A DNA stretch of 64,000 bases from Adineta vaga. Lineage: Eukaryota; Animalia; Rotifera. Below are positions 51,729 to 64,000 of this stretch, piece after piece; the first letter of the stretch is position 1; each line of letters begins with the position of its first letter. Below the pieces are notes generated by a model, which saw nothing but the letters and a program-made list of their open reading frames with translations, was not told the origin of the DNA and ran no database searches. The position numbers and the translations under genes are program-made. The DNA lies in assembly GCA_021613535.1 (NCBI GenBank), contig CP075492.1, positions 15,190,001 to 15,254,000 on the forward strand, read 5' to 3'.

Positions 51729-52694
51729 ATGTCCAATACAACATTATCCAACAACGTGATGAACGTTGATCCATCCAATCAAATCAAATATATCATTATG
51801 CAAATCTTTCACATTCCATCGATCATTTGCTCTATCTTTACACTCACTCATCTCGTATTGAATCGAAGACTTCGTTTAACTCTTTATAATCATACACTAT
51901 TGGCACTACTGATTATCTCAATATTTGATTCGTTTCTAAGTCATCCATTTACGTTGAATTACCTACGTACCGGTCGTGCGACACCAGCAACCAATGCAAT
52001 GTGTATTTCTTGGAACTTTTTCAATGCTCTATGTACTACTTCGATTTATTGGACAATGGCTTGGAGTTCAATGGAAAGACATTTACTCATCTTTCGCTCG
52101 TCATTATTCACCACTAGTCGTGGTCGACTATTGTTCCACTATATGCCTCTTTTCCTAATGGCAGGTATTTATCCAATTTCGTCAAATGTCGTGATTGTCC
52201 TTCTTTATCCATGTACACATCAATTCAATATGCAGTCGTTGTTTTGTGGATATGTTTGTGCATTGAGAATTCCATCTGTAGCACTCTTTTTTCGAATCGT
52301 ACATAATTTCATTCCTGTATCTATCGTGACTAGTTTTACCTTGATGTTAATAGTACGAGTAACCAAACAAAAGCGACAGGCACAAAATACTCGCCTTAGC
52401 TGGCGAAGATACCGTCCGATGTTCATTCAGTTGTTAACTCTTGCAAGTCTGTTTCTGAGTCTGACTTTACCATCGTTCATTGTCGGGATTGTGCAAAATT
52501 GTTGTCTACCAACTTTTGCTGCTTCTATACAAATCGCTTACTTCACTCTACTAATTCGATTTTCGACAATTCTCATGCCATTCATATGTCTTCGTTCAGT
52601 TCCAGAGATTTGGTTCAAATTACCTGTGTGTAGGAATACTCAAGTTCATTCTTTGGTTACTCCTCGAGCTGGAATTATTCCTCCAACGTCCTGA
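51729..52694 (+). CDS. Orphan class-A GPCR (twin 2), inverted paralog of 43234-44199
   Basis: Near-identical to twin 1 from the ATG through TM5. Confidence 0.9.
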   Translation: MSNTTLSNNVMNVDPSNQIKYIIMQIFHIPSIICSIFTLTHLVLNRRLRLTLYNHTLLALLIISIFDSFLSHPFTLNYLRTGRATPATNAMCISWNFFNALCTTSIYWTMAWSSMERHLLIFRSSLFTTSRGRLLFHYMPLFLMAGIYPISSNVVIVLLYPCTHQFNMQSLFCGYVCALRIPSVALFFRIVHNFIPVSIVTSFTLMLIVRVTKQKRQAQNTRLSWRRYRPMFIQLLTLASLFLSLTLPSFIVGIVQNCCLPTFAASIQIAYFTLLIRFSTILMPFICLRSVPEIWFKLPVCRNTQVHSLVTPRAGIIPPTS

Positions 52695-53856
52695 CAAATC
52701 TTTGATGTCTATAACTGCATTGGAAAAACAGACCTATCCATCTACCTATACCTGACAGAGGTTGGTGCGGGTGTGGGTGTACAAGAGATTCGATGTTTAT
52801 TTAGATTTGAAAAGAGTAATAGAAGAATATATTAAAGAAGAAAGTAGATGCTCAAATGCGTTCAGAATATTTTCATCCAGTTGAACAATTTTAAGAGAAG
52901 GTCGATCAATTATGAAATACATAGAATCAAGTATATTGATTTATGAAGTTCAAATGAGATATATTTGTGGTTTTTGATTGTCTATAGATTTATGTAAACC
53001 GGATGAGGCAAAAATCAGTTCTATACGAACTCAAGTCAAATTAATCGTCGACAAATGAACATTTATTTTATTCAAGTATTGTTACATTCAATAAAAACTG
53101 ATTTTGTGCTGAAGTATCGCTTCGAGATATTAATTAACTCATAACAAACTTGAAGTGTATAAAAGATCATTGCTTAATTAGTGATTTTGGAAGAAGATTG
53201 AATGATGATTAAATCTTACACCGAAAGGTGACTTGGAGAAACGACAGATTCTAAAATATTTGTATTTTAATATATGGAATTTAACTTTGAAGAGTTTGGT
53301 TTTATTGTGTTGCTTAACAATGAAATATCTGACAAAAGAAAAACAATAGAACATTTTGATTATTTTTCTCATCTCGGACACGAATAGCTTCAGTTGTGAA
53401 TCAACTTAAAATGCTAGCAAAACGTTTTCGCGTAATGATATAAGATATTGAGAGTTCTATTGAAGAAAAAACAGTCTGAAAATGACGTGTGTAATGTATA
53501 TAAGAGAAATATAGTTGATACATATTACTAAGTTTATCAGTGATACTTTATCTGATTGTGATAACTGAAACAATCTGAATTCACATTCGTCTTGATTCTC
53601 GACAAGAATCAAAGTTCAATATGTTTTTATTCATTTCGAGTTGATTTGACCAAAACTTAATACAAAGTTAATATATGCGAGAAGAATACTTCAGTGTTTA
53701 ACGAATACATGCAAATCGACGAAAGAATCGATGCTGACGCGACTTTTGCGGACGGTGCGAAGCGATAGGTGTGTGATTAATAACAGTTTGGCTACGATGC
53801 AGATCTAAATTCGATGTATTATTTGTTTCCGTTATTTCCAGATGATTCTGTTCTTC

Positions 53857-54314
53857 TTATTCTGTCGGAGTATTGCTGATTGTTTGAGTAGAAATTTCTT
53901 CTGAAGATGCTAATGCTGAGAGCTTCGCGGACATATGTTTTAGTTCATCAAGTTTTCTCATTAATTCTTTAATTTCAATTTTCGAAAAATCATCACTTTC
54001 ACGACAACGATATAATTGATTCACTATTCCAATCTATCAGTTAGTTGAATTCTTTCTGCATTTGTTGTATTCGATAAACATTTTTGACTTGTCCTCGCTA
54101 AAGACTGAATCATATCGCTCGATTCTTGTTCCCATTCATCAATTTGTTTCATACAATATTGATGATATAACATTGCTGCTTGTTCAGGTAAATTTTGTCG
54201 AAGTTGTTCGTATTCAGATATTAAACTATTCATCAATGTACGAATCTCTTCTCGATGTGGATCAACATGTTCAGTAGAAAATTCTTTTGAACCATCTATT
54301 GTATAATCATACAT
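53857..54314 (-). pseudogene. Degenerate B-box/coiled-coil family gene with frameshift at about 54027
   Basis: HREEI...MKQIDEWEQESSDMIQSLA continues in another frame as NQLYRCRESDDFSKIEIKELMRKLDELK. The B-box cysteines are absent. Confidence 0.5.
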
Positions 54315-56733
54315 TGCATAGGATGAATTTTGTTGATTTGGACTTTGGATTCTTTTTTTATAAAGATAATTTGTCTAAAATATCAATGTTTTTATCGTTG
54401 AATACCAGACGAGATGATCATATGATTGTTTAATAATTAGAAATATTTACACACATCCGTTGTTGAGACAAACTATCATCTGACATAAATGTATCTATTT
54501 GCTTGTTTTCATTTTACAAATGATAACCTTGTGTTTTTCTCATATCTTACATATATAATTTTGATAAGATCTTTTGTATTCTTTGTAGAAGTCTTACTGA
54601 TGACTAAATCTCTCTTTTATTTGTTGTTGCTTTTCTTACTTTATATAAATTTTTGAAGATTTTAATTGTGATACTTTGTATTTTTTATCTTTGAAATTGT
54701 TCATACAAAGAAAAAAAATCAATGCTGGGTTTTCTATTATTTCTCTCAGTAATATATTTGGAGAATAGAAAAAGCGAGACGACCCAAAAATCGATCAATG
54801 TACTCTGGAAGCCGTTTACATGGCAAGTCTAGAAAGTATTCTGTTGACTGTTTATCGATCTCTCTGTTACGGAATGAGAAGTGAAGAAAATATTTCTAGA
54901 CGACACTATTTGTGAAAGTCTAACTATAAGGTTTTATTATACTTTGATATGGCGATACTATTGAAATTAATGATGAGTATATTGTGAGGACAACTTCGTA
55001 TACTAAGTTTTGACGGATAATTTTGTTTTTGAGCGCAATTATGTGCTCTATCTCCTTGAACTTAAATGTTTCATTTCTAGTTTTCGTAGTATAGACACAA
55101 TCGTCAGAATCATTTCGAACGTTTTTGGGATAAATTTAACATCTTCTAGCGAATGGAAATGGGTTGAATATTAAACAAAATAGAAACTTCAACTTCTGTC
55201 TTTTAAAGATCAAATAATCTTCGTTGAATGTAAAACAGTTTTGAATCATCACTGCGTAGAAAAACATACGTTCGGAACAAATGTTATCGATCTTTCGGTT
55301 TCTTCTACATTATAACGCAGTGTTTTGCTAACATATCTTTTCTCACGAACTAGAGAATCACTCGAGAGGATACTTTCTGTTTTTGTTCAGTCATACATGT
55401 TGTCTTTCAAAACATATAACTATTTTTCTATTGCATTTCCTTCCTGAGAACACGTGAAAAATATCAGAATTCGGAAATATCCTGTTTTCGAATTGCAACT
55501 TGAGAACTTTGCACATCTAGAGTTCTCCAAAAGAACTGGGGCGTATAAAACCACAAATCAACCGTAGATGATCGAGGTAATCATCCATTTTGTCTATTAT
55601 AGCTAAGTAGGACTACTTAGTTTGTCTGAAGCATAGATTCGATTTTCGGAAATCATCTTGTTGTTCCAAACATGTACAATTTCCTGAAAATCGCTATAAC
55701 GTATCAAATTATAATATACGTAAAACAATGGGTTATACACCCAATACAGTATCTTTACCAAACGATGATGAATTTAAGATTGTTAGACCAGAATATACTT
55801 AAATAAACTACAAAGACTCTTTGTGATTGAATTTGTTACGAAAAACGGAAGCATTGCTTATCTATTCGAAGATATTAATAATCGACAGTGAGAGAAAACT
55901 ATGAATGTGATATTAAAGGACTCCTTCCTTTTTTCCACATCTCAACAACTAGTGTTCTAAGTACACAATTTTTAGTTACATGGAAATAAATACATCCTTC
56001 GATGCTTTCTAACTGATAGTAATCTATTTTACAGCAAGTTTATTCAGCCAACGATTTCCATTTGCGCTATCGTAACTATTCCGACCGATAGTTTACGATG
56101 AAAAAAATGTATCACATATTTAGTGAAACAATTAATTGTGAAAAGAAAGAAACATGAATACGATTAAATCTATTGATGATCAACACTGTCGCCATATGCG
56201 CATTTACATTCATGTCTTTTGAGTATAACAATTATTACTATTATTAATTAATAAAGTTTTTAATGGAAAGATTATTTTTGTTCTTTCCTAAACGTCATTC
56301 TACTTTCACAGAATAATATTCTTTAGTCAAGATATTGATGACGATCTTTTCATGTCTATCAAATCCCATTTACAAAAACTGTCGCTTCTTGATTACTCAC
56401 CGATTTATTTATTTATTCATATTTTATAAGTGTTTCATTATGATCTTTTCTCTAAAAATACTATTTTTGCTTTACTCAAATTGCTCATGTAATCTAACCT
56501 TTTTATGTGTAACTCATGTGTTCCATCTCATTTAATCATACATCTGCTAATTTGAACGCATTAGAAATAAACTCTACGTATGTCAAACTATAATATTTTT
56601 TTTTTCTCGTTTTTTTTTCATGCAATCCTTAAAAGTCTAGAATAATTGGGAGAAAAAAGGAAAGCAATGATCTACTTCAATATTTATATTACAAGAAAGC
56701 ATATAATTCATTTTTTAATATTAATTTGACTCA

Positions 56734-57833
56734 ATGGCATCAAATAGCACAGCAAATAATATGACCGTCTTTACGACATCAACCTTAGTTACGATTCTCG
56801 ATATTTTATTGAATCGATTTGTGAAACATCTTCCCTTGATATTTATTATTTTTGGTTTAATTGGATTTCTTGGAAATGTTCTTACTTATTTACAACCTGA
56901 ACTTCGTTCAAATACATGTTGTATTTATTTACTTTGTGGCTCAATCGTCGATATGATGCATCTTTTTATCAATTTATTAACAATTTATCTAGGTGGAATG
57001 TATGGAATCTATATTCCATGGACAAGATTACCAAGTCTGTGCAAATTCCAAATATTTATTTTTGGATTTTTACCTCATTTATCAATTAATTTCTTATTGA
57101 TGTCAATTATTGATCGATATGCTTCGACATGTAGTTTCACATCATCAATTCGTCGTATCAATCACCTTAAAATGGTTCCATGGGTCATTGGTTTTTCTAT
57201 TTTTACTAGTTTTTTAGCTTTAACACGTCCTCTTATTTTCTATGAGTATACAAATATGTTCGGATGTATCGCATCACAATCATTAACGAATAATATTTTA
57301 TATATTGTATTGAATGGTCTTATGCAACCAATAACAATGTTTATATTCGTTGTGTTGACCTTTCGAAATGTTCAGCAAAGTCGTAAACGAGTCGTAAGTT
57401 GATTTCATGCCTATAAAAACTGGACGAAATTTATTTTTTTTAGGCAGGAATAGGAACAGGTACTGATGTACGTCGTACTCGAAATCAATTCATTAAAATG
57501 ATCTTTACACAAATTCTTGCAACAGCTCTTATTTCATTACAATGGATGATTATGTTTGCATTGTTTTCTTTTCTTATCAATAACGTTCACAATTTTGAAC
57601 AATCGTTTATTATATATTTTACTCTTGCTTTAACAAATTATTGTTATTATTTAAATAATGTTAAATCATTTTATATTTCAATATTTACATCACATCATTT
57701 TCGAAAAGTATTTATTCGAGCAATGATAAAACTTTTACCTCGTTATATTCTTCAACGATGGCAAACAGTAGAAGTGAATAATTTTACATTAACTGCTCCG
57801 AAGATTAATCAACCAAACATGACCATAAAATGA
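56734..57833 (+). CDS. Orphan class-A GPCR, 2 exons
   Basis: GFLGN, LRSNTCCIYL, CKF, SIIDRY and SFYISIFTSHHFRK. Phase-0 intron at 57394-57443. Confidence 0.9.
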
Positions 57834-59140
57834 GCAATGGAAAAGTAGAGTGAAGGATAAGTTTAAAATAAACATCCGATTTTTGTTGTAATGTGTACCG
57901 ATGTTGTTTGTAAAATTATATTATTCTATTAAATAATTTGTTTTTTCTAATTTACTTTTATTTTATATATGGCACAGAGCAAATTGAAATGCATCACAAC
58001 TACAACGATGACGAAAGTCGATTCGAAACGTTATCGTTACATACTGCACCTTGATTTTAAAATTAGTCAAGTTTGTTAGCCAAACTAGTGCCAGCTGTTT
58101 TACAACTGAGACTTTAAAAAAAGAAAATCGAACTGACATGGCAATACACCCGAGTATAACGCAGGTTTGCCTTAACTCAACAAGTCGATCGATTTGAAAA
58201 GGTAATCGGGCTAGATTAAAAATTAAGAGACGATCCTTTAGAAAATTCGCACTGATTTATTAGGTGATCATAAAAGCATTAAGAAGATTCTATTCAGAAC
58301 TATATGAATACTCCAGAGAAAATTGTGCTGGACGGTAGTATCGTTAAAAATGCAACGAGTATTCATCATTACCAAAATATGGAGTACTGTGCAAGAATAC
58401 TCATGTCTTTTTTAACAGGCTTCCCAAAAACGTTCGCATCTGATAAACAATGAATGATTTCGTATAACATTTGTCCGGAAAGTCTCAAATTTGAATATTG
58501 AGTTAATAGGAGTAGCAATAACAGTGTCAATATCCTGAGGATGTCGATTAATTTGATTTTGATTTCTCTAATAAAATGGTTTCATCATCCAGATGAAGTG
58601 TGTAATAATATCTTTATTATTGTTTAGGGGAAGTTTATTATGCTTCAGGATGAATATCAATTTAGAATAATTACTCAAAGTCCTAACATTAAAAGCAGTT
58701 CATCTCCATCAGTCAAAAAAATACTATCGATAAAGATGTTCTCATTTTTTTCTATCTGTGAATAGGAAAATATTTATAAATTATGTTAATTTGAATGAAC
58801 ACAAAAATTTCCTAGTCATATACAAAGTTTTGAGAAAAAAGAAGGAGATTTGTTAATAGAAATTAACAAACAAAATAATAAGATAAATTAGTAGCTAATC
58901 TTTTTCCTTTGTGTTGTCTTATTGCCTCAAGATATTTGTGCTTAGACTTTTCGTAATGCTATGGAGCGATCATCTTAAGATTCAAAGGTGTCGGTGAGGA
59001 TATCGCCTCTTCATTCTACGCCCATATTCATTGTATTCAAGCAGGATAATTTATTTTTGTTATGATTTCAAAAATGAAGCATGTAAGACAACATAGATGT
59101 AAAAGAAAATACAGACAATAACGAAGATTTAGATTGAATA

Positions 59141-59757
59141 TCAACTAGTAATAAATAATCGATGAATACGTTGTGGTATAATACTTTTCGTAAAGTCACA
59201 CATTGCTTTTCGAAACACTTCTGATGGTAGAATAAATACGAAGACAATAGCCGTACATGGTAGAAAAGGGATACAATAGCTAATTAGACTAATGTATGGT
59301 TGTCGATCAAGTTTTTTACATACAAATATAAAACTTAGAACAAGTCGAGGTACAGCAAGACAGCTAAGTACAATCGGTGCAATTAGTATATGTTTATGTT
59401 GACTGATTGATCTTTTTATCATGTTCATTTGTAGTTTCAGTTGTGCGCTTTTGTTTCGATTTAATGCAGTGGTTTTGTTCTTCTTCATCTGATTTTTTGA
59501 AGCCGTTGTTTTCTGAATAATAATGATACTACTAGCAAGATTAATTATCAATGGTAATACGAACAAGAGAATATTCGAAATTGAATATAGGACAAGAATA
59601 ATTTGTCGATCAGCATTTAATGTAAGAACACACCAAGCTCGTTCATCATGTGTATCAATAACAATGCTACGAAAGATCAGTTCCGGAGATGAGATAAGAG
59701 CAAGAAACGTGAGTACACATCCGACAATCCATTTAGCACAACGTTTACATGCGATGG
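59141..59757 (-). pseudogene. 3' part (TM4-TM7) of a GPCR, 5'-truncated next to the transposon end
   Basis: KRCAKWIVG...DERAWCV...FVLPLIINLASS...HKHILIAPIVL...PRL...FVFILPSEVFRK. No upstream TM1-3 lies before the repeat tract. Confidence 0.75.
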
Positions 59758-59825
59758 TAAATTCCGATTCCTTGGAAATTCAAGCAAAATAGAAAAAAAT
59801 AAATTCCTTGGAAAGTCATTTCAGA

Positions 59826-60075
59826 GGTTGGGTTAGCTTATATTCGGTTAGTGTGGGTTGGGCTGGGTTGAGTCGGGTTGGGTTGGGTTGGGTTGGGTTG
59901 GGTTGGGTTGGGTTGGGTTGGGTTGGGTTGGGTTGGGTTGGGTTTGGTTGGGTTGGGTTGGATTGGGTTGGGTTGGGTTGGGTTGGGTTGGGTTGGGTTG
60001 GGTTGAGTCGGGTTTGGTTGGGTTGGATTGGATTGGGTTGGGTTGGGTTGGGTTGGGTTGGGTTGGGTTGGGTTA
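59826..60075. repeat. (GGGTT)n/(AACCC)n pentanucleotide array, about 45 units, with variant units
   Basis: Directly visible; variant units include GAGTC, GGATT, GGTTT and GGGCT. Confidence 0.98.
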
Positions 60076-60433
60076 GACTTCGATTCATTTGAATGGAACG
60101 AAAGAGATTTAGGAAATATATTTTTACGTAATTTGGAATATGAAAAACCAGCATATATCTTGTTTGTTTCATTAAATCGAGATACATCCAGTTAAACTTC
60201 CAAACGAAATATATTATAATACAGAATACATGTAAAATCGTAAATAGCTCTTATGTGAGAATTAATTGAGTTAGGATTTATTCTATATACAAACAAGGGA
60301 GAAGTACTATTAGTACAAATATGAATTTATTTGTCGAAACGGGAATTTCGACATTTCTGGTAACATTAGAGTCATGTGCTTTCTGGAGTAAAATATAGAA
60401 GAGTCTGGCATATCTTAAAGTTTTCAAATTTAT

Positions 60434-62308
60434 TTAAAACTGAGATTTAGCTACATCACAATTATATATATGAAAAAATAAAATGAAATTTACGTAGCTT
60501 TTTGGATAAGAGTAATTCGACCAGTGTGTTTTGTATTGACTAATGATAGAAAACGTTTGTTCCGCAATCTGACTGTTTATATTGTCAAACATGTTATTAT
60601 GTAACGGATGATCCGCACGCATTTCATTCTTACACATATGTCGAGTGTGGTTTCGCTGATGAAAGGAATCCAACACAAAATGAACTTTGTCATAAAAATG
60701 ATCACTAATTGGAGTAGATTTGAAATAGTCTGTTCCGTATCGTGCTGTCATATAAATTTTTATAGAACATGCTGTATCATATATGATTCCCAACGGAAGT
60801 TTACTGATTCGTGCTAAAAAAAGCAAAAAGATTTATGAGACAAAAGATTACGTGATTTACCAATTCGAATTAAATGTCTTAAAACACGTCGTGGTGATTC
60901 AGATCGGATTGATTCATCAAAACCAGCAACGATGCCACATGGAAAAAAAGACACTAAGAAACCATAAGTTGTTAATCGATCTTGGTTGTCAGATGACTCA
61001 TTCCGTTTAACATTACAAGTTTCTTCTGTTACATCATCTGATGCATCAAATTTCATAATATGCATACCATGATCACTAACCATTTTGATATGCTTTTCAC
61101 AGAGAACATTCGAGTTAAGTTCTGGAAATATTTGAAAAATATGTCGTGTTTAAAAAGGAAAGAGCATTTGTATACTCACGTGAATAATTAGAAACCGATT
61201 TGGGACATCCAACAAGCACTGGTCCTAATTCTTCAATGGTATTATCATAGCAATTGTTGAATTTGCATGTTGTTCGAGCTGTTTTTTGATGTCCATCAAC
61301 GATTAACACATCAGTGCAGCTAATGGTACAACTAGAAGTTTTGTGCATTGTTTGATTTGACCAATATTTAACAAATGATGAGTAAAGTTGATTTTTATGT
61401 CTGTCAAAAAATGCATTCACTTCGTTTTTCTCATATAAAGAATATGGAATTTCAATAACATCTTCATCAGTCCATTGAAATAACAATTTTAAAAGACAAT
61501 ACACCATCCAATTGATTTGAAAATTTTTTTCATCGAGTCTTTTTGCTGGAAACGGTGTTTTATTTATAAATAAACTGTTAAAATATTTAACAAATCCATG
61601 AAAAGAAGCTCTCATTGTCAATAAAGCTGTTGAAAATAAGAAAAAGATTCTATGAGAATAAATACATTCACCTCCAAAATAAAATACATCTACATTTAAA
61701 AATTGTTTCTTTTGCACGTACTGCTTCCTGACAATATCATTACTGTAAGTATTAGGATAGTATGACCATTTGCATATTTTGCAATAAGTATATAAAGTTA
61801 TACATTGTTCTAAAAGGTTTTCATGGAATATGAAAGTTTTCGATAACTGATATGCAGGTAGCACATTATCGTTATTCGAGCAGATGATACATTTATTTGA
61901 CATCGGTTCAACCTTCCGAAATATAATTGAATAATTAGTAAATTTCTGATAATCAGTTATAAGTTGATGTATATCCGTAGAAAACATCAAATATGCACGA
62001 AATAATTCTGATGAGTTGAAGAATTCAATTTGTTGTTGTATAAAAACGGGCGAAAAGTTGGTATTAAACTGCTTATTGATGATTTGACATATAACATAAT
62101 ATTTATCATCCAATATAGACGAATTTTTGATTCGTTCATACAGCATCATTATCGTGTAGATTGGGGCTTGTTTTAATAGCTTCGTAAAAAAGAGATCATT
62201 TTTCATTTCTAGAGATGTGTTATTCATCTCGTTTATATCTAAAAACAGTTTATGTGCTTTTAAATTTATAAAGCTCGGCTTGTAATAAAAAAAAGAAGGA
62301 CTACACAT
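60434..62308 (-). CDS. KDZ transposase with CxC5/CxC6-like Cys clusters, 2 introns
   Basis: CIIC...YCKICKWSYYP; LIVDGHQK...GCP...CEKH; FPCGIV...SES; IIYDTAC; LDSFHQRNH...C; NSQIAEQTFS. Confidence 0.85.
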
Positions 62309-62543
62309 GCTTAATATGCTTCAAATTTAATAGTTGTTTTTGTTTTATTGTCAAGACTTTTTTTAGGAATAAAATCAATAGATCGGAGAACATGATCACA
62401 GAAAAATAGACTTGTATACGTAAAAAAAAACTTAATAAGGAAAAAAATAATGAAAGAAATAGATGAATAACAAACATCTTCTTCTTTTTTATAATCTTTT
62501 CAAAAAACTATTCAGTTAAAGCAAATGTAATGTATCTAATTCA

Positions 62544-64000
62544 TCAGTTTCTTTTTCTTTTTGATCGAGATAAAACTTGATTGTTTTTTCGTTTTCCGCT
62601 TCCTTTTGTTATACTTTCAAATGGTTCAATACCTACTAAATATAACGTAGTTGAACTACACATTTTTCAAGATTATATTACCTGTGACATTATCACCATA
62701 TTCAAGTTCTTCCTGTTCTATTACTGTGCTTTGTATAGGACGAAATATCGAGCATTTGTCATATATAACATAAGGAAGATAATCTTCCGAATCCAGCAAA
62801 ATTTCAGCTGTTTCATTCAATAATAATTGAGTTGTAGTATGAAATCCTATTGAAAAAGAATTAAATCTAAATTAACATTTAATTTATTGTCATTTCATAT
62901 TCGTACCATTTTTTGTGAGATCAAAAAATGACTTAAATGTATCCCATGTGATTCCAAATCGACTTAAAGCAACAATAAAGCGAAAACGTGATTGTTCATC
63001 GTTCGCGCGTGGTACTTTTTTAAGAAAACCTTTCGTCATCTTCACTGATTTTGACAGTTTTCGAACGAAAAGTGTATTTTCATACAAGAGATGTTCATGA
63101 ATCATTAGTTCAACAGTACGTTGACGAACTGCGGCACTTTGGTGACGAGTAGCAAGACAAACATCTGTAGGAGATAAAATTATAGATGGATGCTGCAAAA
63201 TCGATTTTGCACAAGCTTGTACATCTTCAGAGTAAGTATCAGATGATGTTGTTATGTCTAATTTCAAACAATACTTATATATTTCTGTTGTTTTCTAATT
63301 GCTAGAATACCTGTTACTGATTCAATGTGATAAAGTGGTTGTATTAGTTGGCAATTCATATATTCATGATTTTGATCTAAACCTGCAGAACAAAATACAT
63401 TTATTCTTTGATTTAACAAGGCATAAAATTAATGCTCTATGTTTTTACTTTTCGGTTGTACATCAGGTGTTTTTTTGTTGCTTTCAAAAAATTGTGTTGT
63501 TTGGACTTGTTGCACGGGAGCCATATAGATGTTATCCGGAATCTCTAGAAATCAACGAAAGAAGAACATTGGTAAGCATCATGAACTAAATAAATTTATT
63601 TATGTAAGCTACCTCGATGATTATCAGAAGGAATATTTGAATTTTTATTACTATTTACTGCAATATTTATTTCAGAGGTACCTAAAATCAGTAAAACAAC
63701 TTTTAATGTTTTGGAAAATTATTAAAATGTAATATATTTACGTGTCAATACACCATCATTCCTGTTCAACAAATTATCCTCATCAACACCATTCTTATTC
63801 AACAAAGCATCAGTACCATCATCCATGTTAACTAAATCATCTCTTCTTTCAGAAGCATTGTTTGTTGCTACAACAGGAGGTATTTCGATCAATAAATTTT
63901 CATCAGTTGCATTAAAAACATTTCCACGATTTAATTCAAATACATCATGAGATGTTTCTTCAATATTAACATTTACTAAGATAAAAGATTTTGTTGAAAA
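62544..64000 (-). CDS. Multi-exon uncharacterised gene inside the KDZ element (3' part only), basic C-terminus
   Basis: Open exons bounded by GT-AG (e.g. LSPTDVCLATRH...KGFLKKVP, GFHTTTQLLLNE). Ends GKRKNNQVLSRSKRKRN*. Confidence 0.55.

Larger units (their letters stand above)
59756..64000 (-). mobile_element. KDZ (Kyakuja-Dileera-Zisupton) DNA transposon, extending beyond the window; left boundary approximate
   Basis: Transposase gene, a second co-oriented gene, subterminal repeats, and an abrupt junction with the truncated GPCR. Confidence 0.7.

Noticed and set aside
54900-56000. Coding-like stretch on the minus strand (YYNLIRYSDFQEIVHVW...)
   Set aside because: Multiple stops and no recognisable family; it needs BLASTX.
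58150-58700. Possible decayed coding sequence
   Set aside because: Fragmentary frames with no assignable motif.
59826-60075. True telomere or CRISPR array
   Set aside because: It is internal, the unit is a pentamer, and there are no spacers or cas genes.
59808-60187. ORFs encoding (LGWVG)n and (TQPNP)n
   Set aside because: These are translations of the GGGTT array, which has no stop codons; there is no evidence of coding.

Overview
AT-rich eukaryotic genomic DNA with many short (about 45-80 nt) GT-AG introns. No rRNA, tRNA or CRISPR array was seen. The gene content is expanded orphan class-A GPCRs, an ART-TPR protein, F-box/LRR, LamG, Kelch and FG-GAP proteins, and several intron-containing genes of bacterial or fungal type. 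This content points, by inference, to a bdelloid rotifer (Adineta/Rotaria-like). Highlights: (1) A tandem pair of N-acylation-motif (MGC) globins missed by the ORF track. They keep the classic B12.2/G7.0 introns and a 223-nt central exon but lack both the proximal (F8) and distal (E7) histidines. (2) A roughly 14-kb carbohydrate-active, foreign-looking island: inverted GH16-fascin twins (one with a catalytic D->N change), a LysM-lytic transglycosylase, a secreted GH116 with PAN domains, and germin and GH55-like relics. (3) An intron-bearing bacterial family II pyrophosphatase with a possible signal peptide. (4) A KDZ transposon with a (GGGTT)n tract abutting a 5'-truncated GPCR. Several single-base frameshifts lie in shortened homopolymers and may be assembly errors. 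All family calls come from motif recognition by eye, not from database searches.
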